NCBI GenBank assembly: GCA_013265495.1
Contig: MU058844.1
Location: forward strand, 3,079,520-3,143,519
Reading direction: 5' to 3'
DNA: 64,000 nucleotides
From: Vicugna vicugna
Lineage: Eukaryota
Below the pieces are notes generated by a model. It made no database searches. It saw nothing but the letters and a program-made list of their open reading frames with translations, and had not been told where the DNA came from. Below, in pieces: positions 49,051 to 62,644 of the stretch. The translations under genes were made by a program, and so were the position numbers. Positions within the stretch are counted from its first letter, which is position 1. Every line of letters starts with the position of its first letter.

Positions 49051-50311
49051 GAAAATTAAGTATTTTCTAAAGCCCAATGATATATTTAAGTATATAGTGA
49101 CTAATGTACAATGTATATAAAACAATATTAAGAAAAAGAATAAAAATGTATACAGTAATCTTTGACGACATACTGATCTGAAAATTTTACTTGCCTTTCA
49201 AATCACTTACTTCATACAAATAATAGTAATTATTTTTAACTTCTAGTGGCCCTAGATAGATTATGTATTTCATTGAAAGGTGTTCGAGTCAAAAAAAAAA
49301 GCTGGGAAACACTGATACGCGTCCTTCCTTGACAGGAACCAGCGAGGTCACACAGATAACCCTGAGAGGTTAGACACAAGCGGGGTTCCTTCGACTGTCA
49401 GAGCCCATCAGACATTCTTGCTTCCTGCCACCACAGATACACTTCAGGATTTGTAGAAAAGTGAATTCTCATCAGCTTCGAGGCAATATCAGTTACTTTA
49501 TCAACTCCAAAACCATAGTTTCTATATCATTACATTTATGATTGCCTGTGTGCCTCAGATGACTCTTCAATTGGACCCACATATTTCGAGGCTAAAATAC
49601 AGAGGAGCTGGCAAGGACCCCCCTGCCCATGTCAGTGTTGGATGACATTGCTCAATTAAGATTTCATACATCTGAGTTTACAGAGATGGAACTTCCAAGA
49701 GGTTCTAAAGGCATATAGAACTGACCACTCTCCTCCCATTCTCTGCTAGGAATTTGCTGTGACACCAAGGCAAAGAGCTAGGAATGACTTTTTCTGTGTC
49801 CCTTTGGTTGTTTCTGTAGCCCCAATTTTTGAATGTATCTGCTACTTCCCCCTGTCTCTGATGAAATTGATACATAAACTTCCAATAATGCAGGATCCCA
49901 TGACATTCAAAGTCTATAAGTAATACAGAATAATTCAAAGTTCTTGGACAAGATTGTTCCCTTTGTTAAATGGGCTCACCTGATAAGCACAGGAGGCGTA
50001 AAATTAGAAGGCTGCAGAAGGCCACGACATCAGGCCTTTAAAATACTTGTAGGTCTTATGTTAGCTTGCACTAGGACCTTATCTGACTCCCATGACATGA
50101 TGAATGTCTCGTGGCTAAGAAAATCTCATTCTAGACAGAATTTCCATGTTCCTCTAAGTAACCACAAAATCCTAAGGTCTACAGCTACAAAACTTGAATA
50201 AATAAACAAGCAAATAAACGGAAGAGTTTTAATCAGCCATAGTATCTACCAATGTGCTATACCCAATTGATTAGAGTTATTGTCATGTTATTTCTGAAAA
50301 TGTGGCATTTT

Positions 50312-51009
50312 TTATTGATTATTTATTTTTTGGTGAGAACATTTAACTTCTACTCTCTTACCAAATTTTAATTATATAATTCAGTGTCATTAACTATATT
50401 TACCATGTTAATATATCAGATCTCAAGCTTTATTTATCTTATAACTGAAAGTTTGTATCCTTTTACCAACCTCTCCCTATTTTCCCCAAGTCAGATTTAG
50501 CCCTGACTTAATTTTTTTTAAATAAGTCTAGTTGATTTACAATGTTGTGTTGGTTTCAGGCATACAGCAAAGTGATTCAGATTTTTTTTTCATTGTAGGT
50601 TATTACAAGATATTGAATGTAATTCCCTGTGCTATACAGTAAATTCTCATGGTTTATCCCTTTTATATATAGTAGTATGTATCTGTTAATCCTATACTCC
50701 TAATTTATACCCCCTTTCCCCTTGACAACCATAAGTTTGTTTTCTATGTCTGTAGGACTGTTCCTGTTTTGTAAATAAATCATTTGTATTATTTTTTACA
50801 TTCCATATGTAAGTGATAGCATATAATATTTGTCTTTCTCTGTCTTACCTATTTCACTTACTATGATAGTCTCTAGGTCCATCCATATTGCTGCAGATAG
50901 CAATATTTCATTCTTTTTTATGGCTGAGTAGTAGTCCATCATGTATGTCATATATGTGTCACATATTCTTTATCCATTCATCTGTTGATGGACACTTAGG
51001 TTGCTTTCA
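50312..51009 (-). mobile_element. Composite L1 3' insertion (artiodactyl-type 3' UTR followed by an L1MA9-like 3' UTR piece)
   Basis: 50510-51009 resembles 41401-41970; 50312-50490 is a second L1 3' UTR piece. Flanks tgaaaatgtggcatttt (50295-50311) / tgaaaatgcacatttt (51010-51025). Confidence 0.85.
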
Positions 51010-52064
51010 TGAAAATGCACATTTTGCTTGAATGGTCTGCAACTGGGCCTAGAATCCAAGTGAGTTTCCCCAGTTAATGTCTTGTTCTGAAGTGTAGGAT
51101 TCAGGCCCAATGTTCATCTCTGTTTCCTCCCCCTCTGATCAATATTGCCTTTCACTTAAATCCCAGACCACTACCACAACAGTGTTTCACTCCCTCAACA
51201 TTTTAGCCTCTGTGCTTCTGTCAGCATGCAGTCCATGAGAAGCTGCCAACACCCCCCTTTTGTGATTTATCAATTTATCTGACAATCAGGTCCTTGCAGC
51301 ATTCCTCCAAAATCTACCTAACTGGTAATATCTCTGAACTGTTGTATTAATACCAACGTGTCTCCACTTGCAGAGTTCTAGTTGGAGGTGCCAGACACAC
51401 ATCTTCTTTGGCTACAGTGGAAGCATAAATTCAAAATCTTTATAAAATTTTGCCTTATATTTGGGCTTAATCTATGTTAGCATCTGGCTCCATTGATAAG
51501 TGAAACTCCTAAGATGTTTCCTGCTGAATGATCTCTGTGTTTTGTTAAGTTTCCTAAGAACACCAAGAAACCATGACCGCTAAAAAGAAGTGGGGATGGG
51601 TGTGGCCACCATATTTGCCATTCTTAGGGTGTTCATTCTCCAGTATTCATATCTTAGTGACGTAGGCAAGAGTGTTATGCATTAATTGAACCCACCTGAA
51701 TCAGGGGATGTCTATGCCTAATTTTCGAACTCTGAAACTCAGCTCTCTGATCTTTAAAGTTAGAGTTTTTGCTAGAGAAAGCAAGAGGACAGACTAAGAT
51801 TATTCATAAATATTGTGGAATGTTTGGTAGGCTGAGGGAAGCATGGGTAATGCAAGCGCCATACTAAATGTGAAACCACATATATGGAAAAGAAAAGGGA
51901 AGTTTTCAGGGAGCTAAAATGCACCAGAATATAGAAACCACAGAAGCAGAATATGCTTCAGATGTCTGTGAATAGCAGAGTTAATGCCTGTATATCAGCA
52001 GACATGAAAAATTACAGAATAGATTATTTGACAAAATCGTTTCAGACTCCTACTATTTATCCAG

Positions 52065-52148
52065 TCTTCCTTCCTTCCTTTTCTTTTTCTTTTTATTTCT
52101 TTCTTTCTTTTCTTTCTCTCTTCCTTTCTTCCTCTTTCTTCTTTTCTG
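52065..52148 (+). repeat. CT-rich low-complexity tract
   Basis: Read directly from the sequence. Confidence 0.85.
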
Positions 52149-52584
52149 TGATACAGGATTAGATAATAATTTGTTGATTTTAATCATTCTTTATCTGTTC
52201 ATGTTTCCCTTTCCTTGAATATATGGGCATGAAAAATGGATTGGCTTTCTGATTACTAAATAGAAACTTTTTAAAATAAATGCAGAAATTTTGACCATAT
52301 GATATTGGAGTCCAAAGTGAAAATCATAGCAAAGATATTTTTAAATTGTAATATGCCTCTATGCAATACAGGATGTGATTTCTTATCCAAACTTGTCAGG
52401 ATAATTAAATTATGAATTTGCTGTATTGCATACTTTTTAATCAAATAACTGAAATTATTTACCTGGCCATTTTAGATTTACAAAGAGGAAAGGAATTTAT
52501 ACCCTGGATACAGTTACTGGTACATGCTCAGTCCATTTCAGCTGATCAGCTGGCTGGTTAAAGGTCTCCCTCTCTCAGACAGCC

Positions 52585-52795
52585 CATGCAGCACAATGGA
52601 AAGGCTCTGAACTGCAAGCCAGAAGATTGGGTATCAGTTCTGCAGTGTCCCTGGGAAAATCTCTCAGCCTTTATCACTCTCAGTTTTTTCATCTAGAAAA
52701 GAGGATAAAAATATCTTCTGGATTACTAAGAGAATAAGAGAAGACAGTACATGTGAAAGCATTTTGTAAGTGCAAGGAATTCGTGTTATAATTTT
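52585..52795 (+). mobile_element. MIR
   Basis: gcacaatggaaag...ccagaagattgggt...ctcagttttttcatct...atgtgaaagcattttgtaa. Confidence 0.7.
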
Positions 52796-54209
52796 ACTTA
52801 ACTAGTAATTGATATTCTCTTGCTTTAAAGCTCCATTTTCAGAAACTAAGGCAATTAGTTATGGCAGTTCATATATCTCCCAAAGCTAATTTTGACATAA
52901 AAACATCAAGTTCAAAGGTCCAAACCATGTGTCCTGTCCTTAGGCCTGAAAATTGTTCAGTGTTTCGTAAAGCCAAGGTCAGTCAGCTGGTGCCTCAGGA
53001 TGGTATCAGCTCACTAATGACACTCAGCTTTAGCTGGAGACCAGTTTTCCTCTGACCTCAATACTACAGTGTTTCAACTGTCACATGTTAAAAGCCTGCA
53101 GGCTGGTTGATAAGAAAAATGAGGCAGGGTGCAAACACCTGGGGCTCAGCTACCCTAGTGAGGTTATGTCACTGTGAGGAGTTGGGAGGCATTTCAGCCA
53201 CGGTTCTCATGTTTATTTAAATTGACTTTAGCCTTAAGGGAAACTATTAACCCATTTAAGGAGCAACCAAGTTAGAGTAGCACTGTAGTCAGTGATCAAA
53301 AGAGCCTACCAGCTACCTACTCCACAAATGAATATATTGTCACTTTGTCACCCAGATATTCAATCTGGGAGAAGTTATTTCCCAGAAAGTGATAGCATCA
53401 TCTTATGTTCGTCTGGTCTTTGGTGGATGAAAGGGTACAGCTCTACGGGAACACAACTGATAGAGTGGAACCTGCTTGACCATTTGCATCATGACAGCAT
53501 TCTCATTGCCAGGAGTTAAAATTTCAGCGTTTGGTTTTCAGATATTGACACAGCAAGAAAGATTTCTATAAATGAGCTGATGCTTTTCCCTGCCTCTGCC
53601 ACCTCACAGCCACATTGTACCTGGAAGCTGAGATGTGGGCACAGGACTTCGGGTGTTTCCATTAGCAAGTTGGTTTGCACTGCTAGATGAAGATGTCTGG
53701 GGGAGTCCAGATCTCATTTACCATGAGGCTCCTTTTTTTTTTTCCCTCTTGCCTTCTATATCATATAACACAACAAAGTTAAATAGCATAGATTCCCAGG
53801 TTGACGGCTGGCAATAAGCTAGACCAACTCTACAAGAAGTCAAGCAGTGGAGAAGCAGAAATTTTAATAACATCCAGGGAGCAGGGGTAGGAGATCCTAT
53901 GTTTTAATTAGTTCTACCGCTTTCAGGCTCCTGATATTTGTACAATTATCCTCTGCTTCGTTAGTGTGAGCTTGTTCAAGTAAAACAACAATTAATACAA
54001 TTTTGGATGGCCCTTCCCAAAAATTTTAAAAAAATCTGCAAGCAGAATTATGACATCATTTTATCAAAGCCATTTTTTAATCCAATAATTTTATTCGTAA
54101 AATAAAATGATTAAATTCTTCCCCTAAGTGTTTTTTTTTCTCTTCTTCCTATTTATTCTTTGGAAACTGCACAAATAGAAAAGGAAGGTCAAATAGATGG
54201 CATATACAA

Positions 54210-54515
54210 ATGAGATGTAGGTCAAAGAGCACAAACTCTCAGGTATAGGTGAGTAAGTTCTTAAGATCTAATGCACAACATGGTGGCTATAGTTAATAAC
54301 GTGATATTGTATACTTGAAAGGGAAGTTGCCGAGAATAGATCTTCACCTTTCTCACTACAAAAAATAAAAAAGATTAGCTGTGTGAGATGATTGATATGT
54401 TAATTATATTGATGTTGGTAATCATTCTGCAATGTATATGTATGTCAAATTATCATGTTGTACACTTTAACTATATGCAATGACATTGGTCAATTATTTT
54501 TTAATAAAACTGGGG
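54210..54515 (+). mobile_element. L1 3' end (L1MA9-like)
   Basis: gagatgtaggtcaaagagcacaaactctcag...catggtggctatagttaataac...ggtcaattatt...aataaaactgg. Confidence 0.9.
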
Positions 54516-55968
54516 GTCGGGGAACAATACAGCTAATCTCTCAATATTAAAGCTCTGGCTATAATGAGGATTCCACAGAAATGCTTATGAAATCTATTGC
54601 AAATTCCTTTTATATCTATCTTTACTATAAGTATATTAGGCCTTAAAACATTTCAAGTAAGATTCTAGATGTTGCTTGTCTTCTAACTAATGAATTTATT
54701 TAACATCGTTGTCTAGTTTTGACAGTCCCTCCCATTCAGGAGAAACACAGCAGTGACAATTCTGCTCTGGTGCATTGTGCTACTAGTTGGCCTCAATCCT
54801 GACCTAGAAGGAACATCTTAAAAGCTAAAAATTAATTTGGAGTCTGTTCCAGGTCAGTCCTTGGCATCTTTGTTGAGAAGACCTATTAATGCCAGCCTCA
54901 ACAGAAATAAACACAAGCCCATTGGGAACTGGACTAAGACCATCAATCATTTAATGTAAGACAAGTAGCAAAGCCTGTCAAATCATGAACCAACCAACTC
55001 AAAACGGAGTACAAATAGCTATTCCAAAATGTTACAGTAGGTAATATCACATTAAAAGGTATAGAGTTTACACATGACCAACAAATTAATATACTATTAA
55101 ATTAGCATACTAGAAAACTCTAAATGTAATGATCTCATGATGCAGTCTAAGCCAAAGGTGCTTCAAAGTGACGTGCTGTAATTTAGGACATTTCACTACA
55201 AATTATCCTTTGTACCTGGCACAATTTAAGATACAAAGATGCATTTCTGAGTTACAGTGAAAGTTTTATTATCCTAAAAACAGCTGAAAAACACTAAACG
55301 TGACTACTAATCTACTCGCTCAGTTTTTAAAACACATTCAAATATCTCCACAAATGGAGAACCTTAGAGAGTTATCAAGTAGGTACAGAATTTCCTTGAC
55401 AACAAATTCTTGTAGAATGAAACCAGTTTATACTTATTTTTAACATCTAAAGTAACTAAAAATTTAAACTAGTAAACTATATTATAAGTCATATTGAAAA
55501 GCATGTCCTTGATGGTTTATATATAAATATTTTAGACATATTTTTGCATCCATAACAGAACTGAATTAGAAGGCTACTTTTCCAGGGTCTGTCCACCATA
55601 AAGGTCAGGTCCAGACTGAAAAAATCTGTCTCATGTAGCTTACAGAAAAGGAGATTCATGTTTTCACCTGGGCAAGTGTTGCTTCTGCTACAAGTCATGT
55701 TAATACTTCAACAGCAGGAGTAAGTAATGAGGGGAATGAAACCAGGACTGGGCAGGGACAAAGCTGGGAGAAGCTGACCCAGCTGTAGGACGGGTGCCCA
55801 AGGAGGTAGTCTGCAGTCAAATAACCAGTCCAAAAGGGCACAGTGATCCCTTAGCTTGGTTGCAACAGTCATCAGTGTCTGAGATCCACTGAGCAGATAC
55901 GTTTTGACAAAATGAGGTTTCTGGCACCAGGTGATCTGCCAAGACAGATTCAGTTGTCACTATCAAAC

Positions 55969-56480
55969 CTGTATCAGCCAGGGTCCTAGAAGGAAGCATC
56001 CATCACACTCAGGAAAATTCAGGGAAGTTCAATTAAGGGACTGTTTCTAAGGTTGTAGGTTGAAATCACAAGGGAAAATGCAGTACGTCACTACCCACCT
56101 AGGCTGTAACCATCCCTAGACCAGAAGGAGTGAGGCGTGAAAGCAGTTCCTAGAATCTGGAAGCAGAGGACCACCTGGAACAGAGCTCTGCTCTTCAGTA
56201 GAAGGAGGTGGGCAGCTCAAGGTAACCCCAGAGGGGAGAAGCTAGTGATAGAATACCTCTGTCTCACCCAGACACTCCCTGGGATCTCCAGTCAGGACTC
56301 CCACATTGGCCAAACCCAGCTGGAGCCAGAAAGTAAGGGTTAGTGGGCACATATGGGCCAGCATGGAGAAGGGAGGGAGAAAACAAGGTGGAGAGAGGTC
56401 TGGCAGGGCAGACAGAAGAATGGTGGTGCAAACAGCATCCATCAAAATATGTGGGGGTCTGGGGACAAGGGTCCAGCATC
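55969..56480 (-). mobile_element. ERVL-type LTR (LTR40/LTR41-like)
   Basis: tgtatcagccagggtcc...cacactca...aattaagggactgttt...cattggccaaacccagctggagccaga. Confidence 0.55.
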
Positions 56481-56849
56481 TGGGGAAAGGGTCCAGCAGA
56501 GTGAAGCAGAATATTAGAGCCCTCGTCAAAAAAGAAATTGGGTCAGAAGAGGACTCTGCCCTGGTAGGAAGTCAATGGTAAGCAGCAAACCAAGGCAGAA
56601 GTCTGCAGAAGTCACACGTTGTGCTAGAGTTGTGAGAGTCAGAAGTCCCCAGGCAAGCTGGAGGACTGGCTGCGGAGCAGAAAAGCTCATCTTTGGTGTA
56701 ATTCACTGAAGCCTTTAGCATCAAATGTACTTTCTGCCCAGGTCATATTGACAGAAGGACAAGCCAGGATTGAGATCAGTGTAGACCAGCATATCTGCAA
56801 CTAAGAGAAAATGGGAAAGAAAAGTACGAATGCCACAGGGGGCTGTGTC

Positions 56850-57300
56850 ATGAAGGCCCTTGCAGGAAACGTATGACACATTCAAATTGAGAAACATAAG
56901 GAGAGTCCACAAAGGTGTGGGGAAGAATGTGGGAAATGTAGAGAAACTGCAAGGGATGTGTGCTACACCCCTAGGCTCGGGACAACAGGGGGAAGGGGCA
57001 ATTACAAAACCCAGAGCTGCAGGCTGAGAAGTGCCCTGCCCTTCAGCTGAGGAATATCACCTGTCCTTGGGGCCATAGAGGAACCTATGGGGCAGAAACC
57101 AAGGGGACATATCCCTGGACTCACTCTCTCACTCTCCACTCTCTTCATATCTCCTGCAGGACCCCCCCCCCATTAACCAAACCCACCCAGAAACCAGAGG
57201 ACCAGGCTAATATGGTCCACACAGTTCAATGTTGTAGGCCACAAAGAAGGATGCAGAAGGTTGGGGTGGGGACATGGCCAAGCTAATCAAAGTTATCCAG
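56850..57300 (-). mobile_element. ERVL-type LTR (LTR41-like)
   Basis: caggaaac..atgacacattcaaatt...acaaaggtgtgg...cccattaaccaaacccacccagaaaccagagg. Confidence 0.5.
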
Positions 57301-57344
57301 CACGGGCTATTGTGCCACCCTGGTGAAAAATAATGAGATTCTTC

Positions 57345-58025
57345 TCATGAGATACTCATTCATTAAAAGGAAAAATAGTAGTTTTACAGTAAAGAAACTG
57401 GCAGACTCCACCTTGACTGGATGGTCAAGTTCACATCACCGGTAATGGGTCAGATTGATAGTACGTTCCTCCCCATGTGATTCACTGAGAAGAAATCCAT
57501 ACCTGAGTCTGATCATGAAGAATCATCAGATAAACCCAGACTGGGGGCCAGTCTATGAAATAGCCCATCCACTTCAAAAATGCCTATGTCATGAAGACAA
57601 ATGCTGAGGAATCGTTCCCAGTGAAAGAAGGCTAAAGAGGCATGACAGCTGAATGCAGCGCGTGACTCCGGGTTTTCTTCTGCTGCAAGGACATTATGAG
57701 ACAAACTGTGAAATCAGAATTAGGTCTGTAAGTCAGATAACACTGATATCGATGTTAATTTCCTAATTTTGATTCTTGTACTGCAGTTATGTAATAAAGA
57801 GCCCTTGTTTTTAAAAATACACAATGAGGTGTTGGAGGGGTGAGTAAAGATGCCTCATGTCTACTCTAAAACAGTTCAGGGAAAAATAGAGAGAAAGAAA
57901 AGAAAGAAAACAAATATCATAAAACATTAACATGTGGGGAATTTGGGTGAAGGGTATGTGGAAGTTCTTTCACTATTTTTGCCATTTTTCTTTAAGTAGG
58001 AAATTATGTCAAAATAAAGGTAAAG
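57345..58025 (+). mobile_element. L1MC-like 3' UTR
   Basis: tttacagtaaagaaactggcagac...gaatcatcagataaaccca...catgacagctgaatgca...gggaatttgggtgaagggtat...aaattatgtcaaaataaa. Confidence 0.85.
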
Positions 58026-60619
58026 ATAAAAATGATGGGTGCTTGAACTGGTGCAACAGCAGTAGGGCTAGAGATCACGGGATATAAAAGAACAATGCGG
58101 GAGGTAAAATGGATAAAATTTAAGAGATGGGTTATGTATGAGGGGTCCACAGTGAACATAAGACTATGGTTTTGTAGTAGTGCAACTGTCATCATTTTGG
58201 TACTCTTAGCGTGAACTGCTAAGTTGTCTGAATAATATTTTGAATGTGCCCTGGCTAAAGAATCCTAATACGTATTTCTGTAATTTTTTATATTTCTCTT
58301 GGATGAACACAGTCAATAAATATTAGTAGATTCAGAACAAGATCCTAAATATCCACGTCATCAGTAGTAATAAGAGTTTAATTCTTTGCCCCTGAAAAGC
58401 AAGCAGTTGTGGATTTACCCAGCGAGGGACAATAGAATGCCCCTGGCAAATCGTTCCCAATTCTCCAGTCTTCCCTGAGACAGAGAGCTAATTAGACCTC
58501 TTTCAAAGCATCATGAGAACGATTAGAACTCAAAGGTAACTCAGACCTATGAGAGTTGTTATCTGGAACTGATGTGGGAAGCAAGTTGTGAAAGAGAGCA
58601 TTCCAAAGTCTCTACTCTTGTGGAAAACTTTTTTTTTTTCCAGCACAAAGTTGAAAAAGAAAATCATGTCTCATAGGCTTCCATCAATCTCGAATAGTCA
58701 CCAGTATGAGAAATGAGCACCATTTCCCTGATCCTCCCACGTGTCATATATTAGGGAACACAGTCCAGTTTGTTTAAGGCACGGTCTAGTCAAACATGTA
58801 CCAAACCCTTACCGTTAGCATCAGCCTTCTAGTCAGTGTCAGCTTTATGGGTAGATATAATCCACACTATGCAGGAAATAAGAGACTTGAGGATATAGCT
58901 TTTCTGTTGTATTTCTTAAAACAGTGTCAGTTTTGTGGGACTAACTGTGAATATGGATTTAATGCTTCTTGAATATGAATTACATCTATTTCTATTACTC
59001 TCAGCACTAGTGAGATGTTGGTTATCACTAAAATACCTAAATGTTGGTGGATTCTATTGAACAACCAGCCATTAGTGCCAGGAAGATTAGCTCCACCCAC
59101 ATTCAGCTCCTGGGCTGAGAAGGGAATGATGAAATAGGCAACTGGTCACTTCTTGATGTTCTGAGAAGCTTCAGGAAGGCACTTTACCCGTAAATTCTGC
59201 AGCGTTACCATTAGAAATCCCTTCCTTTGAGATAACAACACCTACGAAGGTCTCCATTAAAATGCAGATACCCTTAAGGTATGTCAATAATACAGAAGGG
59301 TGAATTAGTTTATTAAATATTGTAAAAGATGTGGGTAACATAAGAGGATTTTCAGGTCTGGGAGTGGAAGATTTTGAAATGGAGGAAAGGACTGAGAATA
59401 GGGAAGGGAAGTGCAAGGTTTTAGAAAAAAAGGAAAATCTGCCTACTTCACAGCTTTCCCTACGGCCAGCCCTGAAACTAAGGTCATGAGTGTATGAGTG
59501 TGTTTTCTTCAACTTTGTCCAGTCAAGACATTTTTTTCCAAGACTACAATCTACATCCCCAAACTTAGACAACCACACTGTATCAGAATAAGAGTTGAGG
59601 AAGGGGTGCAGAAACTTAAATAATAACTGGAATTTCAGGGACACGTGCCTTTAACTGTGGGGAGTAGCATCAAAATCATTAAGTAATCAAGGATATTTGT
59701 TTACTTTCCCTATTCTCTTACATTCTTGTGACCTGTCATTTCTAGCCTTCTCTCTCTGCCAAAAACAAAGTTTTGTTCTGACTACGTGAAAGAACATCAC
59801 TGAACTCTGAGGCTGTTTGGAAGAATATGTCCAAACACGGGGCTGAACGTCTTCAATTAATTTTCAAAGAATGTTTTCTTCTGTAGAGATATGTTTGGGA
59901 TTTCAGGATTCAAAGCATGGTACCTTAAGTCTCATTTTCAAACTAAGATTTCCTCTTTAATTTTTCTCTTTACACAGAGCATGCACATAGTAGACAGCTC
60001 CTTGGGACCTGTGTCTGATCAGAGCCCACAGTTCAGCAGGAGGATCTTCCAGCCAAGATCTAAAGGTAAATTGTGCACCTTCTCGTGAACACCACTCTGA
60101 ATAATGGCTTCTATTTAATCACTACAAGTGCTGCATCTCCTTCTCTCTGATAACTTCTGTTTTAATTTTCTTCTTTAGTGAGCAAAAAAGAGCAAAGAAA
60201 AACTTACAATATTTTCTCCTAGTATTTTGTCATAGGAATTATGTTTCTGAACGTTTCCCACCCTGGCTCAGGCCAGATAAACTCTTAACAATATGTCTTA
60301 CCTGAAACAAACATAATGTTACATGTCAATTATAACTCAATTTTTAAAAATAATTTTTTTAATTGTAAAAATGTTTAAAAGACATATAAATCTGATAAAA
60401 TCCAACAGGCTAAAATTTCTGCTCAGGTCCCATGTATGTAAAATGGCATGACTCTATATAGTCACAGGACAGAAGAAATTATATTGTATATATTGAACAT
60501 CTTGCACAGAATAGATGCTCAGTAAACGGTGGCTATTATTTCTAAGACTGTCATTTCAAAACCTGGTGATTCAAGAGCAGGATAGAGCCTGATAATGCTG
60601 AGAGCATCAGTGGTACCAA

Positions 60620-61400
60620 TTAGCTTCTGTATGCTGCTTTATAATTTCCAATGCATTTTTATACATGTTATGACACAGCAGCACTGCAAGGTAGGTGGCT
60701 AATGTTATTGTATTCATTTTTTATTGCTGCATAACAAATTACTACAAATTTAGTGAATTAAAGGACACAAATTTATTATGTTATTACGGTTTTATAGGTC
60801 AGAATTCCAACAAGGGTCTCACCAGGCCAAACTTGAGGTGTCGGCAGGGCTGTGTTTCCTTCTAGAGTCTCGAGGGGAGAGTTCGATTCCTTGCTTAGCA
60901 GAATTTAGTTCCTTGCAGTTGTAGGACTTAGGTCCCCATTTCCTTGACTCACGGCTTCTTACCTCCATCAAAGCCAGCAACATTAGGGTGAATCCCACTT
61001 ATCTTTCAAATCTCTCCTGTGCCATCTGTCACAACATCTTTCTGATTTCAGAGAGGAGAAGTTTCCCAGTTTTAAGTATTTGTGTGACTAGATTGGGCCC
61101 AGTTGAATAACCGAAGAAAACGTCCCATCTCAAGGTGTATATCTTTAATCACACATGCAAAGCCCCATTTATCGTGTAACATAACACATTCACAGGTTCT
61201 AGGGGTTAAGACATGGACATCTTGGGGGGGGTTCATTAATTTTCCCCCCACTGTTACCATTATCCACATTTTACAGATAATAATAATGCAAATCACAGAA
61301 TATTAGAGACTTGGAAAGGACACATAGTAAGCAGCAAAGAATGTTCTCAGATCCAAACTTGTTTTACTCCAAACCCAAATCAGTGTTCTTCCAGCAGACA
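60620..61400 (-). mobile_element. MIR split by MLT1D
   Basis: tgctttataattt...gcaaggtagg before the LTR; cattatccacattttacagat...cacatagtaag...tactccaaaccca after it. Confidence 0.65.
60709..61252 (-). mobile_element. MaLR solo LTR (MLT1D-like)
   Basis: Reverse of ...aagatgtccatgtcttaacccctagaacctgtgaatgtgttatgtt...; ends tgtatt...ttgctgcataacaaattac; possible 5-bp TSD gttat/gttac. Confidence 0.9.
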
Positions 61401-62078
61401 ATTTGTTTCCTGAAAGGCAACTCAGCAGTTTTTCTCTCTTGCATCTTCCCTCCCTCCCCACCCACATGTAAACCCATACTTCCATTAACTATATTTATGG
61501 CTGACATTCTTCAAGCATTAATGCATTTTCCAAAACTTCCACAAAGAAGCTGAAGTTTAGTTGCAATTCTACTGGTTTTGAGGTAATTTCTTCCAAGGCT
61601 TATACCACTGAAAGTACTGAAAGTGTTATTTGCCAACAATTGGATACTTTCAGCTAAGGCTATAAAGAAAATTTATTTCCTTATGGGTTGAGTGCTAGAA
61701 GAAGTTTATAGCAGGGTACATGTAGGTTATCTCACAATTTTTCTCAAAAGATGTACTTAACAATTTGATACCGAAATGCTCAATATTCCTTTGAGACAGG
61801 ACTGGCCACTTTGTATTTCCTAGAAAATATTTCCAGCTTCCTTTCTTGTTACCAGGACTTAGAAACATAATTTAAATTTATTTTCATGTGATTTCAGCCA
61901 ACCAGTAGGTGTTTATTAAACCCATTAATAAACACAAAATGTCAGGAGGCAATTCAAGGGAATATGTGATTAAATGGAAAATTGTGGAGCCCTCACTACT
62001 CTGAAAGCAATCCTGTTTCTGAAGTACAAGGAGGCTGTTCTGATTAGAAGTAGAAAATACTCTTTAAAGAAAGATGGA

Positions 62079-62233
62079 TGAGAGTGGTATATAGCTCAGT
62101 GGTAGAGTGTGTGCTTAGCATGCGCGAGGTCCTAGGTTCAGTACACTCCATTTAAATAAGTAAAGAAAGAAAGAAAAAGCAAGCAAGCAAACAAGCTAAT
62201 TACCTCTCCCCTGGTTGGGGAGGGGCGTAGAAA
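62079..62233 (+). mobile_element. tRNA-derived camelid SINE (Vic-1/SINE1_Vpa type), second copy
   Basis: tatagctcagtggtagagtgtgtgcttagcatgcgcgaggtcctaggttca; perfect 13-bp TSD aaagaaagatgga (62066-62078 / 62234-62246) preceded by TTT, an L1-endonuclease-like site. Confidence 0.9.
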
Positions 62234-62644
62234 AAAGAAAGATGGACAATAAGTTTAGGTTGGTTGTATACAGAAATATAGAGAATGGTAAAAGGTTGGC
62301 CACAATCAATCATATGCTAGAATAACAATAAAATGAATATTTTTATCCAAAAAGTCTTGAAAAGTAAATGTCATCAGCTTATACATTTTGAAATAAATTA
62401 TGCACTTTTATAAATTGCAAATCAATTTATAAATCAATTAAATCAATAAAACTCATTTTAAAAATGCCAGGCCATGGAGTAGATGCAGCACAAAACAGAG
62501 ACATTAAAAATGTTAAAGAAAAAAGTGAAATTTAAAAAAAATTAGTCTGACAGCAGTACGTAATCTGAACTGTTAAGTGGAAGGATATAAAGAGAAGTAA
62601 ACAGTCAGATGCTTTCCAGCCATCTAAGTCTGTGATTATGAAGA

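Noticed and set aside
49559..49702. Plus-strand exon-like segment after tgtgcctcag
   Set aside because: Stops in all frames, weak donor and no neighbouring exons.
59171..59644. 157-aa minus-strand ORF in unique DNA
   Set aside because: GTG start, no recognisable domain or bounding splice sites, and the length is about what chance gives for the longest stop-free run in 64 kb across six frames.
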